Shown in pieces: positions 18,790-30,800 of a stretch of 64,000 nucleotides of DNA. Both the position numbers and the translations under genes were made by a program. The DNA comes from a virus. The stretch covers positions 1 through 64,000 of the IMG/VR virus record IMGVR_UViG_3300045988_093513; one strand, 5' to 3'. The notes beneath the pieces were generated by a model that did no database searches, had not been told where the DNA came from, and saw only the letters and a program-made list of their open reading frames with translations. The stretch's first letter is position 1, and every line of letters begins with the position of its first letter.

Positions 18790-19569
18790 TTAATTATCAA
18801 TCATTGCCAGCATAGCGTCTCTAAGTTTCGGGTCTAACCTATCCATGTTATTCAGGCACCACTGCATGTATTCTTTCGGTACTTCACTAAGATGTTTGCC
18901 CTTATGTTTACCAAACGGGAATACCATATCTCCTGCTGGGGAAGCTCCGTTATCTTCTGTAAACGGATTTCCGTCATCAACAGATGGAGCCATATCATCG
19001 AATGCACTTGTAACTGTAGCGTCATCCATACGTGCGTTACTCGTTTCCTGTTCCTGTGGCTGTACGTATCCTTCTGGCAGTGCCCATAAAGGAAGGTTCG
19101 GCTTACGAATTACATTGCCCCAGTTATCAATCGGTGCCCAAGTTACAGGCAGGTCATACAGGTATCTACCAATACCCCACGCCGATGCCGCTCTCTTAAA
19201 CGCACCAGACAGTCCGCCCTTAAATGCTTCAAAGTCTGTGAGGTTTGCGCCATCTTCTCTAGTGTACTTCTCGCCACCGTTATAGAGAGTAATCGAACAG
19301 ATAAAACCTTTAATAGGTTCTTCGGTATCAAACCCACGACGCTGTCGCTTAATAACACCCATGTCGATTGGCCTGTAATCTACGCTCCATCCGTCAATCA
19401 GATTGCGTTCTATAAGTTCATCCAGTCTATTAGAAATGGCTCGTGCATCGATATACGCCATAGCCATGCCTTTAGTACCGTCTTTACTCTTCTTCTGGAT
19501 ACGCCACTCAACATACTTTGGGTCAAAAGGTTTCTTTAATTCTTTAATTACGTCTGCAAATAATGCCAT
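18790..19569 (-). CDS. Rad52/Sak-family single-strand annealing protein
   Basis: KPFDPKYVEWR...AYIDARAISNRLDE...GWSVDY...KGGLSGAFKRAASAWGIGRYLYDLP, the signature of Rad52/Sak SSAPs. Confidence 0.65.
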   Translation of the reverse strand: MALFADVIKELKKPFDPKYVEWRIQKKSKDGTKGMAMAYIDARAISNRLDELIERNLIDGWSVDYRPIDMGVIKRQRRGFDTEEPIKGFICSITLYNGGEKYTREDGANLTDFEAFKGGLSGAFKRAASAWGIGRYLYDLPVTWAPIDNWGNVIRKPNLPLWALPEGYVQPQEQETSNARMDDATVTSAFDDMAPSVDDGNPFTEDNGASPAGDMVFPFGKHKGKHLSEVPKEYMQWCLNNMDRLDPKLRDAMLAMIDN

Positions 19570-19722
19570 GTTTATTCTCCTTTATCATTTAGAAAAAAAT
19601 ATCACAAATCTTAATACCAACAATAGTTCCGATTAATGCACAGATGAAGTTCTCAATCACCTTGCCACCCCCTTCACTATAAACATTATACCACACTTGA
19701 ACCAAATTGTCAAGCACTTTTT

Positions 19723-22650
19723 CTAAACTTTTTTGATGGCTGGGGTGAAGTCAACAATCATCGTCCCACGAAGCTTCATAAGATAAGTCCTACCAACTTC
19801 CAGTGAGCTTCCTTTATTATCAAAGATAACTAACTCTTTGACAGTATCATTTACAACACCAGTAACAAAGTGCATAGGCTTACCTTGTTTAGTCTTATGT
19901 GCTTTACGTTTAGTTACTGTTACAAGGAAAATAGTCCTATCATCGCACAAATCAGACACATAATCGTCCACAGAAGAAAAAGAATATCCGATAGATGCAA
20001 GTTCCATCTCTCCATTAGACTGGACATCTTCGTGATGTACGAACTTAAACGGTGGCTTACTCTTCCTAGAATCTTTGACCCAATCAATGTACTGTAACAA
20101 CTCCTCTCTATTGCCTTCAACTGCACCAGCTTTCACTATAGACTCAAGTACCCTACGGTTAACACTCTTATTGTCCTCTATCCACTGCTTACCATCGTGA
20201 TTGAACGTCAAAGTATCAAACGCATTTCCTACGTATTTTAACATGTCAAATCCTAGGGTTATATGATTAGACATCGGAACGTAGGTATGTTTAAAAACGT
20301 CGTTATTTAACGGTGTTTTTGAGCATTTTAACGATTTTATACTTGGTGGTTCTACCTTAATGTGCAGTTGTAAAGAGTGTGAAATGTACTTTGATACCTT
20401 CGCTCTGTCGTCTTTGTTGTACTCAAGTAGTGAAGCCATGTAATACTCTGGATAATTAGCTTTAAGATAAGCTGTTCTCCATGATGTTAACCCGTATGCA
20501 ACTGCATGCGACTTATTGAATAGGTAATTAGCCGACTTGCTTATGCTATCGGAAAGATAATCAATGACATCTTTAGGAACCCCATGCTTAAGCCCTTCTT
20601 CTTTGAACTTATTCATAGCCGGTTCCATTTCTGAAACAACTTTACGTCCGATAATCTTACGTAGAATATCCGCTTCACCAAGTGAATACCCACACAAAGC
20701 CTGCGCTATCTGCATTACCTGCTCTTGATATAAGATTACGCCATATGTTTCTTTGGTAATCTCATCATAGGCCGGATACAAACTCTTGACTGACTTACGT
20801 CCAGTTCTTCTATCCACGTAGTCCTTAGCCATACCACTATCGAGTGGGCCTGGTCTACATAATGCCATGACTGGTATTAAGTCTTCTGCACCATGAATAG
20901 TAATAGAACGGATGAAACCTTTCATCGCCGCTGACTCAATCTGAAAACAACCTTCTGTCATTCCACTATTCAACAACTTACATGTTGCATCATCTTTCTC
21001 TGGTATATTATTCCAAAGTTTCTGTGCATCTGTACCCATCATATCAGCCATTCTATGTACAATAGATAACTGCATAAGCCCAAGCATATCAAGTTTAAGG
21101 CACCCCTGTGCTTCAAGGTCGTGATAATCAGTTGCACAAACAAAGTCGTCTCCCTGTTTCTCTATCGAGCACCATTCAGTAGGGTCTCTAGGGAATACCA
21201 TAACGGCACTGGCATGCATACCATAAGACTGTAAACGTCCAAAGAAATGCTTAGCAAGCGTTCTGAGTCTCTCGTCTTTTACTCCTTCCCATGTTTGAAA
21301 ATTGGTACTAATCTTATTGACGTAACTGGAAGGTAGCCCGAGAGCTTGCCCAGCTCTTTTAACAGCCGCCTTCTCCTGCATGTAGTTCATAGTACGTACA
21401 TGATAAACATCACCATACTTCTGACGTACATACTCAATCACTTCATCACGTCTATCGCTTTCAAAGTCGACATCTATATCGCAAGGAGTTACACGCTGTT
21501 CATTACAAAAGCGCTCGAAGACGTTATGCCACCTTACGGAATCTACCTGAGTAATACCCGAGAGATAAGCTGTACAACACCCACCAACAGACCCGCGACC
21601 CAACCCAGTAAGAATACCATGCTCATTGCAATAACCCATAATATCTTTGATAATGCAGAGATAATTGAGATAATCGCATCGCCGAAGCACAGGTAACTCT
21701 CGTTCAACTCGTACCACATAATCGCTTTTATTGGGCCTGGCTCCCATGTGTAACCGTTTCCACCCTTCGTTACACCAGTCACGAATCTGTCTTTCAGGGT
21801 CTTTAGTGTTGTACTTAGGATAATTGTCACCCCCTTCTGGAATTACAACATTACACTTGTGAATGATGTTACTGGATTCTTGAATCATGGCGTCAACCTG
21901 TTCTCTGCCGAACCCATCTTCCATCATTCTCTGTGTAACTTCTTTGCCATCCATCATGTAAAAATCTTTACTACTATAGGCATCATTAGTTCCTCTTACG
22001 CTTACCCACATATCGTGATAAACAGCATCAGCAGGATTGGAATAATGACTATCATTAGTAACAAGGACATTGTAACCGTGAGACACAGCATAATCGTAAA
22101 CCCTCTTATTATACTCTCTCTGTTCTTTGAATCCATGTGGCTGTACCTCCATGTAGAAATCATCGCCAAACAAATTAGCGATAGTATCAACAACATCGGG
22201 ATATCGATTAAAGAAGCCAGCTATACATGCGGTAGTACAAATCAATCCTTCGTGGTACATCTCTAAATCTTTAATACCAATCCTAGGTTTTCGATAGAAC
22301 TGACGTGCCGCAACAGTAGACAGTTTATACAAGTTCCTAAGTCCGTTAATATCTTTAGCTAACAGTATGATATGTGCATTCTCTCCGCTCTTCATCTCTG
22401 GTTCTGGACAAAAATAACCTTCCATACCAAGTATGGGTTTGATACCCGACCGCTTACACTTGTGATAAAACGCATACAACCCAGTAGTTGTACCATGGTC
22501 TGTTAATGCTACCGCTTCATATCCAAGTTCTTTACCTCTTTGAATAATCTCGTCAATAGTACAATACCCATCTCCTATAGAATAGTCGGAATGCTGATGT
22601 AAGTTTGTAAATGTACTACTCATCTGACGCTTCCTTTCTCTGCTTCTCAA
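19723..22650 (-). CDS. dnaE: DNA polymerase III alpha subunit (DnaE-type replicase, compact 975 aa)
   Basis: N-terminal PHP domain LHQHSDYS...DHG. Conserved GLGRGSVGG palm motif. Confidence 0.75.
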   Translation of the reverse strand: MRSRERKRQMSSTFTNLHQHSDYSIGDGYCTIDEIIQRGKELGYEAVALTDHGTTTGLYAFYHKCKRSGIKPILGMEGYFCPEPEMKSGENAHIILLAKDINGLRNLYKLSTVAARQFYRKPRIGIKDLEMYHEGLICTTACIAGFFNRYPDVVDTIANLFGDDFYMEVQPHGFKEQREYNKRVYDYAVSHGYNVLVTNDSHYSNPADAVYHDMWVSVRGTNDAYSSKDFYMMDGKEVTQRMMEDGFGREQVDAMIQESSNIIHKCNVVIPEGGDNYPKYNTKDPERQIRDWCNEGWKRLHMGARPNKSDYVVRVERELPVLRRCDYLNYLCIIKDIMGYCNEHGILTGLGRGSVGGCCTAYLSGITQVDSVRWHNVFERFCNEQRVTPCDIDVDFESDRRDEVIEYVRQKYGDVYHVRTMNYMQEKAAVKRAGQALGLPSSYVNKISTNFQTWEGVKDERLRTLAKHFFGRLQSYGMHASAVMVFPRDPTEWCSIEKQGDDFVCATDYHDLEAQGCLKLDMLGLMQLSIVHRMADMMGTDAQKLWNNIPEKDDATCKLLNSGMTEGCFQIESAAMKGFIRSITIHGAEDLIPVMALCRPGPLDSGMAKDYVDRRTGRKSVKSLYPAYDEITKETYGVILYQEQVMQIAQALCGYSLGEADILRKIIGRKVVSEMEPAMNKFKEEGLKHGVPKDVIDYLSDSISKSANYLFNKSHAVAYGLTSWRTAYLKANYPEYYMASLLEYNKDDRAKVSKYISHSLQLHIKVEPPSIKSLKCSKTPLNNDVFKHTYVPMSNHITLGFDMLKYVGNAFDTLTFNHDGKQWIEDNKSVNRRVLESIVKAGAVEGNREELLQYIDWVKDSRKSKPPFKFVHHEDVQSNGEMELASIGYSFSSVDDYVSDLCDDRTIFLVTVTKRKAHKTKQGKPMHFVTGVVNDTVKELVIFDNKGSSLEVGRTYLMKLRGTMIVDFTPAIKKV

Positions 22651-23056
22651 GTGTCATCTTCTCCCACTCTTTACGTGCGGACTCTTTCGCTTCTTCCATC
22701 TTCTTGAGGTACAGGCCATAATATGTATCACTCTTCTGCTTCATGTAGTTAGATACGTAATCTTCGGAATCAAGACTCTCACGTATTCTATCATTCTCTT
22801 CCGTGTGTTCGCCAGTGTACTCTTCAACAAGTATCTCTACTGGATATGCACATAAATAAATATGGAATGGCGTTTCTACGTAGGATAAACACTCACGACC
22901 ATTAAGGTTGTTCAATACCTGGTTAGGCATAGGAGCATTTGTTTTGCTTGTCATACGTCTCATTGTATGTTTCTTACCTGCTCCATATAAACCAAGTACA
23001 TCTGCCTTATGAATATATACACCGAAACCAAGGTTCATTAATTCTTTATCCTTCAT
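22616..23056 (-). CDS. Hypothetical protein, first gene of the leftward replication operon. Start re-assigned to ATG 23056.
   Basis: ATG preceded by an AAAGGGGG SD and a consensus promoter. The track's TTG start at 23155 lies upstream of that promoter. Confidence 0.4.
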   Translation of the reverse strand: MKDKELMNLGFGVYIHKADVLGLYGAGKKHTMRRMTSKTNAPMPNQVLNNLNGRECLSYVETPFHIYLCAYPVEILVEEYTGEHTEENDRIRESLDSEDYVSNYMKQKSDTYYGLYLKKMEEAKESARKEWEKMTLEKQRKEASDE

Positions 23057-23086
23057 CCGGCTCACCCCCTTTCCAACTCTATTTGA

Positions 23087-23115
23087 ATTATACCACAGTT
23101 CCAAAAGTTTGTCAA
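23087..23115 (-). promoter_or_regulatory. Sigma-A/sigma-70 consensus promoter for the leftward replication operon
   Basis: On the minus strand: TTGACA, a 17-nt spacer ending TGTGG, then TATAAT. Followed by the SD and the ATG at 23056. Confidence 0.55.
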
Positions 23116-23217
23116 GGGGGTTTTGAAAAAATTTTTCGGCAAAAACTGTTGGCAAATTTCAATGGCCATTATCTTATATTATTGAAAGAAACTTTTAAAA
23201 ACTTTAAAATAAAAAGC

Positions 23218-23246
23218 TTGACAAGGTTTCTCTTTTGTGGTACAAT
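23218..23246 (+). promoter_or_regulatory. Consensus promoter P1 (rightward), first copy of a tandem ~69-bp duplication
   Basis: TTGACA, a 17-nt spacer ending TGTGG, then TACAAT. Confidence 0.55.
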
Positions 23247-23286
23247 AATGTCAGAAAGAAATTTCAAAAACTTCAAAAGAAAAGAC

Positions 23287-23315
23287 TTGACAAAGTTTAT
23301 CTTTTGTGGTATAAT
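23287..23315 (+). promoter_or_regulatory. Consensus promoter P2 (rightward), second copy of the tandem duplication
   Basis: TTGACA, a 17-nt spacer ending TGTGG, then TATAAT. The flanks (GAAA..AAATTTCAAAAACTTCAAAAGAAAAGAC) match P1's. Confidence 0.6.
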
Positions 23316-23319
23316 AATG

Positions 23320-23900
23320 TTGTAGAAAAGTGGACAACTAAATATATGAGTAACCGTTACATTGCGAATACATCTCAGACAATGTAACACGGTGTTGTAA
23401 ATACAATTGTTGACCGAAACTCAATCATGTAGCAAGACAAGGTTACAGGAAATCAGGGTACTTTATGTATTGGTATCTCAGCGAAGGCCAGAAGTAATCC
23501 ACACTTCATGGGGGTCAGGCGCAAGTAATGTCCGTTAAAGGGAGAAACTTTATGGTGGGTTAAAATCCACCCCCAAAATATTTAGGCAGGAGGCTCAAGT
23601 CGAAAGACGGCGTTGGACAACCACTTACCAAGGGTTGAGTGAGGTTAAGTTCTTTAAGAACTAGGTGTGTTGTCACCTTGAACGACCGAGGCGATGGGGT
23701 TCATTCCATTATCTCTGTTAAGACGCTACGTACTGACCGTGAAGTATACAACTTTTACGGTTTAGTATGCGGCGTCTACCTCCTCACTCCCTCAGCTCCG
23801 AGGTTCATTCCCGCCCCGACAGGGCGAATGAACCAAGGAGCCATGAGAGGGAAAGATAAAATATCTATACTTAACATTAAACTTTAAATAAAATATATCT
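23320..23900 (+). ncRNA. Candidate noncoding or leader transcript with several stable hairpins
   Basis: About 580 nt downstream of the two consensus promoters with no convincing ORF. Hairpins include GTTCTTtAAGAAC, gtcGAAAgac, and GGTTCATTC(c)CGCCCcgacaGGGCGAATGAACC at 23805-23837. The only long ORF (GTG start, 82 aa) looks non-proteinaceous. Confidence 0.3.
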
Positions 23901-23906
23901 TACCTC

Positions 23907-23935
23907 TTGACAAATATTGAATAATATGATATACT
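23907..23935 (+). promoter_or_regulatory. Promoter P3 immediately upstream of gene 23979
   Basis: TTGACA, a 17-nt spacer with TGA (extended -10), then TATACT. Confidence 0.45.
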
Positions 23936-23978
23936 ATACATATATTAGAGATAGTGAGAATGAAAGGAGAGATATTAA

Positions 23979-24500
23979 ATGACTGAATCTAAGTTTAAAG
24001 TAGGTGATAGAGTATATGCTCCATTCCGTGGTTACGGTACTGTAATAAGGGCAAAGGATGATTACGCTGTCTACCCAGTGGTAGTAAAGTGGGATAAAGG
24101 TAGTGCTGAGGACATTAGCACGTTTACTTCAGATGGTCGTTTATCTATATATATTAACGACGATTATACTTATACAATTACAGATGAAGAGCACACACTT
24201 AACAAAGAGGAGAAAGATTCTAAATCAGACAAGGAGGTTAAAGCAATGGCTGATAACAAAGTAAAGATTGAGTATTCACCGATTAACCCTTCTCATTATA
24301 GGGTAGATGGTATCCCAGAGGCTATTGATATTATGGAACATCTCATGACACAGGAGCAGTTTAAAGGATTCCTTTGGGGTAATATTATTAAATATGCGTA
24401 TCGATATGGACGCAAGGGAGATGAACACGATACAGCGGGTAAGATTGAGTGGTACGCAAATAGACTTAAGGAAGCGTGTGGAGAAAAGGGGAAGTCGTAA
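23979..24500 (+). CDS. Phage protein with a conserved C-terminal domain (DUF3310-like)
   Basis: Strong RBS AAAGGAGAG. C-terminal PSHYR...IEAIDI...GNIIKYAYRYGRKG...KIEWYANRL resembles a widespread phage domain. Confidence 0.4.
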   Translation: MTESKFKVGDRVYAPFRGYGTVIRAKDDYAVYPVVVKWDKGSAEDISTFTSDGRLSIYINDDYTYTITDEEHTLNKEEKDSKSDKEVKAMADNKVKIEYSPINPSHYRVDGIPEAIDIMEHLMTQEQFKGFLWGNIIKYAYRYGRKGDEHDTAGKIEWYANRLKEACGEKGKS

Positions 24501-24815
24501 ATGAAACTAAAAGAGTATTTATATTGCTTAGTTGCCGACCAGCCAGTGGCTATTGAAGATGCGGAAGAAGACACTAGCATAAGTTGGCTTGATAGGGATA
24601 CTACATTTGCGGATAAAACGTTAATCCCTAAAGAGATTCTTGATTTAGAAGTGTATAAGTTTTGCGGCAATACCTATTACCCTGGTAACTTCTGTTCAGA
24701 AGAAGATGAATGCTTCTATGACCCTTATGAAGATTGGTATGGATGTGTTAAGTTTTATGTTAAGGGTTTTCAGAAAGTAAAAGACAAACTAGGATTTAAA
24801 GGAATGGTTAAGTAA
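24501..24815 (+). CDS. Hypothetical protein (104 aa, Cys-containing)
   Basis: ORF abutting the previous gene (ATG overlaps its stop). Confidence 0.4.
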   Translation: MKLKEYLYCLVADQPVAIEDAEEDTSISWLDRDTTFADKTLIPKEILDLEVYKFCGNTYYPGNFCSEEDECFYDPYEDWYGCVKFYVKGFQKVKDKLGFKGMVK

Positions 24816-24826
24816 ATAAAAAAATA

Positions 24827-24854
24827 GGGAGGCGAAAGCCTCCCCTTTTTTATT
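24827..24854. terminator. Bidirectional rho-independent terminator
   Basis: GGGAGGC-GAAA-GCCTCCC hairpin (GNRA loop) followed by CTTTTTTATT, with an A-run on the other side. It sits between convergent genes ending at 24815 (+) and 24858 (-). Confidence 0.7.
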
Positions 24855-24857
24855 GGT

Positions 24858-27800
24858 TTAATTCAGTAAGTTACCAAGTGCTCTTACGTTAGAACGTACA
24901 ATATCAGCTTCTTCATTATCCGATTTAGTTACCATCTTTTCCGCCTGTTCTGCTGTAACCTTTGGCTTAATATATTTATCTACTGCTTTGTGCGCCTGTT
25001 CTGGTGTCTTGCCATAGGATTGCAGTTTTCTAAGATTAGCTTCTGTCGGATTGTTAACGTAGGCAATCATTACGTCTTTAGCACTGTTAGAGTAATCTTG
25101 GTTAATATCTGTTACAAATCTGTTGAGGTCTGTATTAAGTTTATTCTCGATTGGGTTAAAGCCCATAATGTTTTTAGCTCTATCTACATCACTCATAGAC
25201 TGGTACTCTGTCTTAGGCATTAACTTACTGTAAGAATAATACTGTCCTCTTGCCGCCTGTAACCATCTTGATGCCGCTGGTACTGCTTTCAACCAAGCAA
25301 ACATCAGTTGGTCTGTTGTATACTTATCATACATGATGGCATCGAAGCTTGCACCAGCAGCAGAACTAAAGTCGATAGCTGTACCTAACGACGGGCCACC
25401 AAGGTTACGTAGGTCTGTCGGGTCTTTCATGATATCGGAAAGACCTACCTTCTTACTGATATCTACACCGAACACCGGAGCTGCAATACCGTAGCACAGT
25501 GCTTCACCGATATCACGTGAGAACTGGTCGTTTCTTCTTCCAGCTGCTTTCAGAATAAAAGCCTTTATCCAATCTTCTGGGTTTGTACCAGTGATTGCTT
25601 GGCTCATACCAGAAATCATAGTCATCATCGGGATACCGGAAATAACACCAGAGAACAACATCATTGTTCCAAGGAATCTCTTGAGTTCTGTACTCTTCTT
25701 ATTCTTAAGCATCCAGTACATAAAGTGGAATGTCTGGAATCCGTAAGATGCAAACTGGAATACACACTTAGCAAGCTGTCCGCCTTTAGCCAAGAGTAGT
25801 GGGTCTGTTGCTCTGTTGAAGTTAAAGTTCGTGCGATATACGAAATCTCTAATTGTAGCCATACGCTGTGCGTTATATTCTTCTTCGCCAATCTCAGACT
25901 TGCTTTCTCTGAACGCCTTATACTTAGGACTGGTATCAATGAGATTCTGTGCTACAAGTGCAGCAAACAATCTACATGCAAGGTCTGCACCTCTGAATCC
26001 ACTCATACTTAAATCAAGAATCTTCTTACCTGTCTTTGGCATCTTGTCGATAATACTTTCGCCTTCGTATGCACTACCAGCGTTACCCAACTGAGTAGCC
26101 ATATCGTTCATAACCGATTCACCGTCTTTGCCATTCAGTGTATCGAGCATTTCGTCGAACACTTGCAGTTCGATAGCTGTCTTATCTCCCCGTTTTATAG
26201 CTTCGTCAAATGCCTTTTCACCTTCTTGTTCAAGTAAGCTCTTCCCTTTCTTAGTAAGGTACAGGTCTGCCATTACCTGCTGAATTTCTTTGCCGTATTG
26301 GCTTACGTCAAACTCGCCTTTCAAAATATCAGACGGCTTATGTGCCTTAGTTAAGATACCTGGCATCTTCTTCATTGCATAAGCAAACGCACTTTCTCCC
26401 CCGAGTGCATACACGTTAGCTAACTGTGCATACTGTGCGAGTGCCGTACTCACGTTGAACATACCAAGTTTTAAGTATACGTTGACAGCGATACTGTTAT
26501 GAAGTAATGCGGGAAGCCACATGTCTGGGAGGTATACACCACATGCATTCAAGATATTACGCATACCAGGAACCGCATAGATAGCATCAACCACCATAAC
26601 ACTGAGTCTTCTCATGAATGCATCAGCCGGCTTATCTCTACCATTCATATTATCTACGAGTTCGCACATAATATTGTATGGAGAATAGTAAGAGTCTCTC
26701 CTAGTTCTATCATAGTTTCTTCCTGTGTACTTGTAGATAGTCTGCGTCATATCTCTATAGAATGGAGTGAGTGCTTCTACACTATTCACGGTGTGTAAAT
26801 AATGTTTGAGAGAACCGATAACGTCATGGGAATACAGTCCGCTATTAGATGTACGTTCACGGGCGTAGTTAGCCGCTAAATACTGTGCACCATTTGCTTT
26901 TAAAGCGTCGCTAACTTGTCTGAATGTCTGCACTTTATCTTTGCCAACACGAATCATCCTGGCTGTCTGAATCAAACGTGGCTTATACTTACCAAATTCT
27001 TCCTCGTCTTCTTTATCCATATTGCGAAGAGCGTTAACAACTCTTTCGATACTATCGTCGCCCTGCCATTCTTCACTATCATTAAATTTCTTGCGAATAA
27101 ATTTTGCAAGTCTACCAGAGATATCTGTTTCGGCTTCTTTCTTACCTCTGCTAACATCCTTCTCTGTGAGAGTACCAATAGATGTATCAACGTTACCGAC
27201 AATATCTGTACGACCGCCGCCCTGTTCTTGCAGCCATTCATCACGTGTCTTTTCTACATATCGTTCGTTCTGTCCGATAGGATGTTCGTTTCTGTATTTA
27301 GACCTATCACGTTTGCTTTCAAAAGAACCAATGCTATATGTAATAACGTGATAATACTTATCGCCTCTCTGGACGATAAAGCCTTCGTCTTTAGATTTCT
27401 CATTCTTGTTGGCCTGCTCCTCTGTAATCTCGTGCCATACTTCTTTCTGTAGAATATATCTAGCATAGTATCTCGGTGCGTATGCATGCAAGAACCCAGT
27501 ATGTACACGATTGATGATATCATCATTCTGCAAAGCTCTCTTCTGTTCTCTTTCGTATGCGTTCATCAGTAACGCACGATATAGTGCTTGGCTTGCGATA
27601 AACCCATCGATGACAGGTTGAGCGTATCCTCTCTGTTTCATGAGTTTACGTCTGAATTGTTCGCATTCTCTTAATACCTGCTTTTGTAATCTAGCTCTCA
27701 TGCGAGCCTGACCTTCTACGCCAGTGCCATCTTCGTTCGATGGATATGCAATGAACAGGTTCTTGAACTTACCGTTCTGCATGCGTTCATCTTTACATGC

Positions 27801-30800
27801 ATAGAATACCAGTGTACCAGTATCTTCTCTGTACCAGAAGGCTTGATTCTTGTAGAACTTTTTCTTTTTCTTGTCGTAATATTCTTTCATCTTTTCAATC
27901 TTGTCGTTCATTTTAGCCATGGCTGTAGCCTTATCTGGCTGATTATGCAGAACAAAGAATATGTCATCATCGTATACTTTAAGCATAGCATTCTTACCAG
28001 AAGAAGAGCGATTCTTACATCTTTCGTCCTGCCCAGCTTCGTATGGAAGGTCGAACAGTTCGACAAGGTCTCTACCTCTATCACTGTTGACATTGATTTC
28101 AGTATTGAAGTACTGTCTCAATGCCTTGGTCTGTAACTCGTTTCCGTCAATGGTGAGGAGCTGTTGCAACTGCTTAACGTATGCGTCACTCTTTGCATTT
28201 AATTCCTGCTGATAAGCGATAGAACGCTGCGATTCATCGAACAGTCTGTCTGCGTCTTCTTTGTTAACAAGTTCTTCCAACCATCTCATACCTGGAATCA
28301 ATGCGAGCTTAATGTCCTTGGCATGGTTAAGTCCACTGGTGGATGTCTGAGAGAATGTCTTGTTGCGTTTGTTTGCGATAGCGTACAGTAATTGCATGAA
28401 CTTACCACGTGGAGAACCAGCGTCATGAGATACATCTCGTGCATTGGTAATAACACCCTTGCTAGTACCAACGTCAACCTTCTTCTTTTCCTTTTTCTTT
28501 TTAACTGTTGCGTGCTGATTAGTCTGCGTTTTAAAGTTGAGTACACCAAAGTTAGAATTCGATGTAAGTTCACTTATAGATTCTGCCGCCTTCTTTAACT
28601 GTTCTCTCATTCTCTTCTTGTCTTTATTTCTGATTTCATGTTTTGGGTCTTGTACATCTAACTCACGAAGCAGTTCTGCAGATTTATAAAGCCATGTAGT
28701 CATGAAGGCTGAAGAATCGCTTCCTGCGATATTTCTTCTTTCATTATCGCCAGTGGTATTCGGTGGCGTTGTATCCAAGTGACTATACGTTTCTGTAATT
28801 AATTGCTTCGTCGAGTAGAATAATGGTATTTCTTTATTGACTGTTTTAGCACCGAATATAATACTTGGTAATATCATACTCATGACTAAGGTTTCATAGT
28901 TGCTTGCATCAACGTTTTTGTAGAACATACCAAGTGTGGTCGCCCCGACTTTGCTGACGAATCTAGCGTCACCAGTCTTAGTACCATCATATCCGATTAA
29001 GTTTGCTATAGTCCACATAGCCGCTGTATCTTCGACAAGTTTATTTACATCTACAAGTTCTGTAATTGCCAGTATTTGTCCCGCTAACAAACTATCGTTA
29101 TTATTTAAAATCTTGAGAGACTTTTCAAGCTCTTTTTTAAGTGCTCGACCGATAGCTTCTTCGGCATCGTCCTTTAAATCCTCTGGAAGTTCCTGTGCGT
29201 TTCTATCTACGGCAAGACCTCCAAACTTCTCATCTTTCCAGTTTGCGTCACTAGGAAGTGCAAGTCTATACTTACCTTTTGCTACGTCAATCGTTACTGC
29301 TTCATCGGTGAATGCATGCATTAACTCGTGGTATACTGTAGAACGATGGTCGTCTGCTACTATCCTACCCATAGACTCTTTATATCCACTATCTTTATTC
29401 AGCCGGCTTGCAATATATGGAGCTACACCCAACGTGTTGCTTGCTCTATTTACAAACAGTGTGTGTGCAAATTGAACATTTACATTTTTATCCAGATGTC
29501 CTTTGAGGTTAGCGCCCAAGAACGCCGTGTTTTCTTTACTCATTCTAATAACATCTTCTTTTGGCGTCCCTAAGAGTTCTGAACTCAAATCTCTGATTGC
29601 ATCTACGGTTAACGGTTTCAGTTCGTGTAACTGTTTGCCATAGATTATATCGATTGCATTCGGTAAATCTACATTCTTTACACTGTAAGACTGGTTAGAA
29701 TTAAAGAGCTCTGGTCTTGTAGTTACACTTTTAAGAAGTTTATCAAGGATGTCTACAGTTTTGTTTGCAGAATCAAGACCTTTTAATCTTTTCGATGCTA
29801 TTGTGAATAGCGAACAAAGGTTAGCAATATCAGTGTACGATAACTTATCTTTCTGTGCAAGTTCGTAGCTGAATGTATGTAACGATGTGATTAAACCATC
29901 ACTGCCCATCGCACTATCGTTATGCGCCATCATCAGATAGTTATAATTTGGGTCCGCCATTAAGTCTTCAATGGTGTATGGAATATCCTTACCGTACTCT
30001 TCTTTTAAGTCCGACTTATCTACAGAACCCATGTACTGCAATAAAGTAGCGATAGGGTTTTCATATGGTTCGAGCTTGTTCTTTGCTTTCCACTTTGTAG
30101 AATCTATATCATGAATATCAACTCTACCTTTGATATTCTTAATCGGAGAGCTATCGGTGATATCAAGTTTCTTGACAACGTAATACCCATCCTGATAGTC
30201 CATGATGTTTAAAGCACCAAGGATTGCTTCCCTAAGTTTGGTGTACGCCCACGAATTAATGTACCCGCTTTCTTTTGTCTCTTCGTCGCTATAGTCAAAC
30301 TTCGGCTTCTTGTTTACAACAACGAATCTCTTATCTTTTTTATCTACTCGAAGAGAGATTGCGTTAACATCGTCACGGAATTCATTTGGCCCTTCGGAAA
30401 ATATTGGTTTGTTTTGAGGGTTGTGAGAAGTTCCAAACTTTTTTATCAAAGATGTGTTTCTAGCTCTCCCTGCAATTTCCATCTGCTCGAGATGAACAAA
30501 TCTATTAACGTCCGCCTTAATCTGTTTCATAACTCGCTCACGCACTGTTGCTTCCGATTCGTTTTTCTCTTTTGCTACCTTTTGAATGTATCCATTAAGG
30601 CCGTTATTGATAAGAGCTTCTTTAGGAAGCGTATTGTTTATAGCTAATACTGCCTTTACAATAACGTTGTTAGAAATACCAGATTCGTCGATGTTAAAAT
30701 AGTCATGTAACAATGTAGTGATGGCACCAACTACAGTACCAGACGACTGCAGAACACCGTGGTCCGTGGAATAATTAGTGTCACCAGGTTTAGAACCTTC

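Noticed and set aside
23185-23319. Possible CRISPR-like repeat array
   Set aside because: Only two ~69-bp units. Each is a complete TTGACA-17-TATAAT promoter. There is no repeat-spacer periodicity.
23400-23900. tRNA or tmRNA gene in the ORF-poor region
   Set aside because: I looked for GGTTCGANTCC-type T-loops and a cloverleaf. The GGTTCATTC...GAATGAACC element is a simple long hairpin with no acceptor/CCA context.
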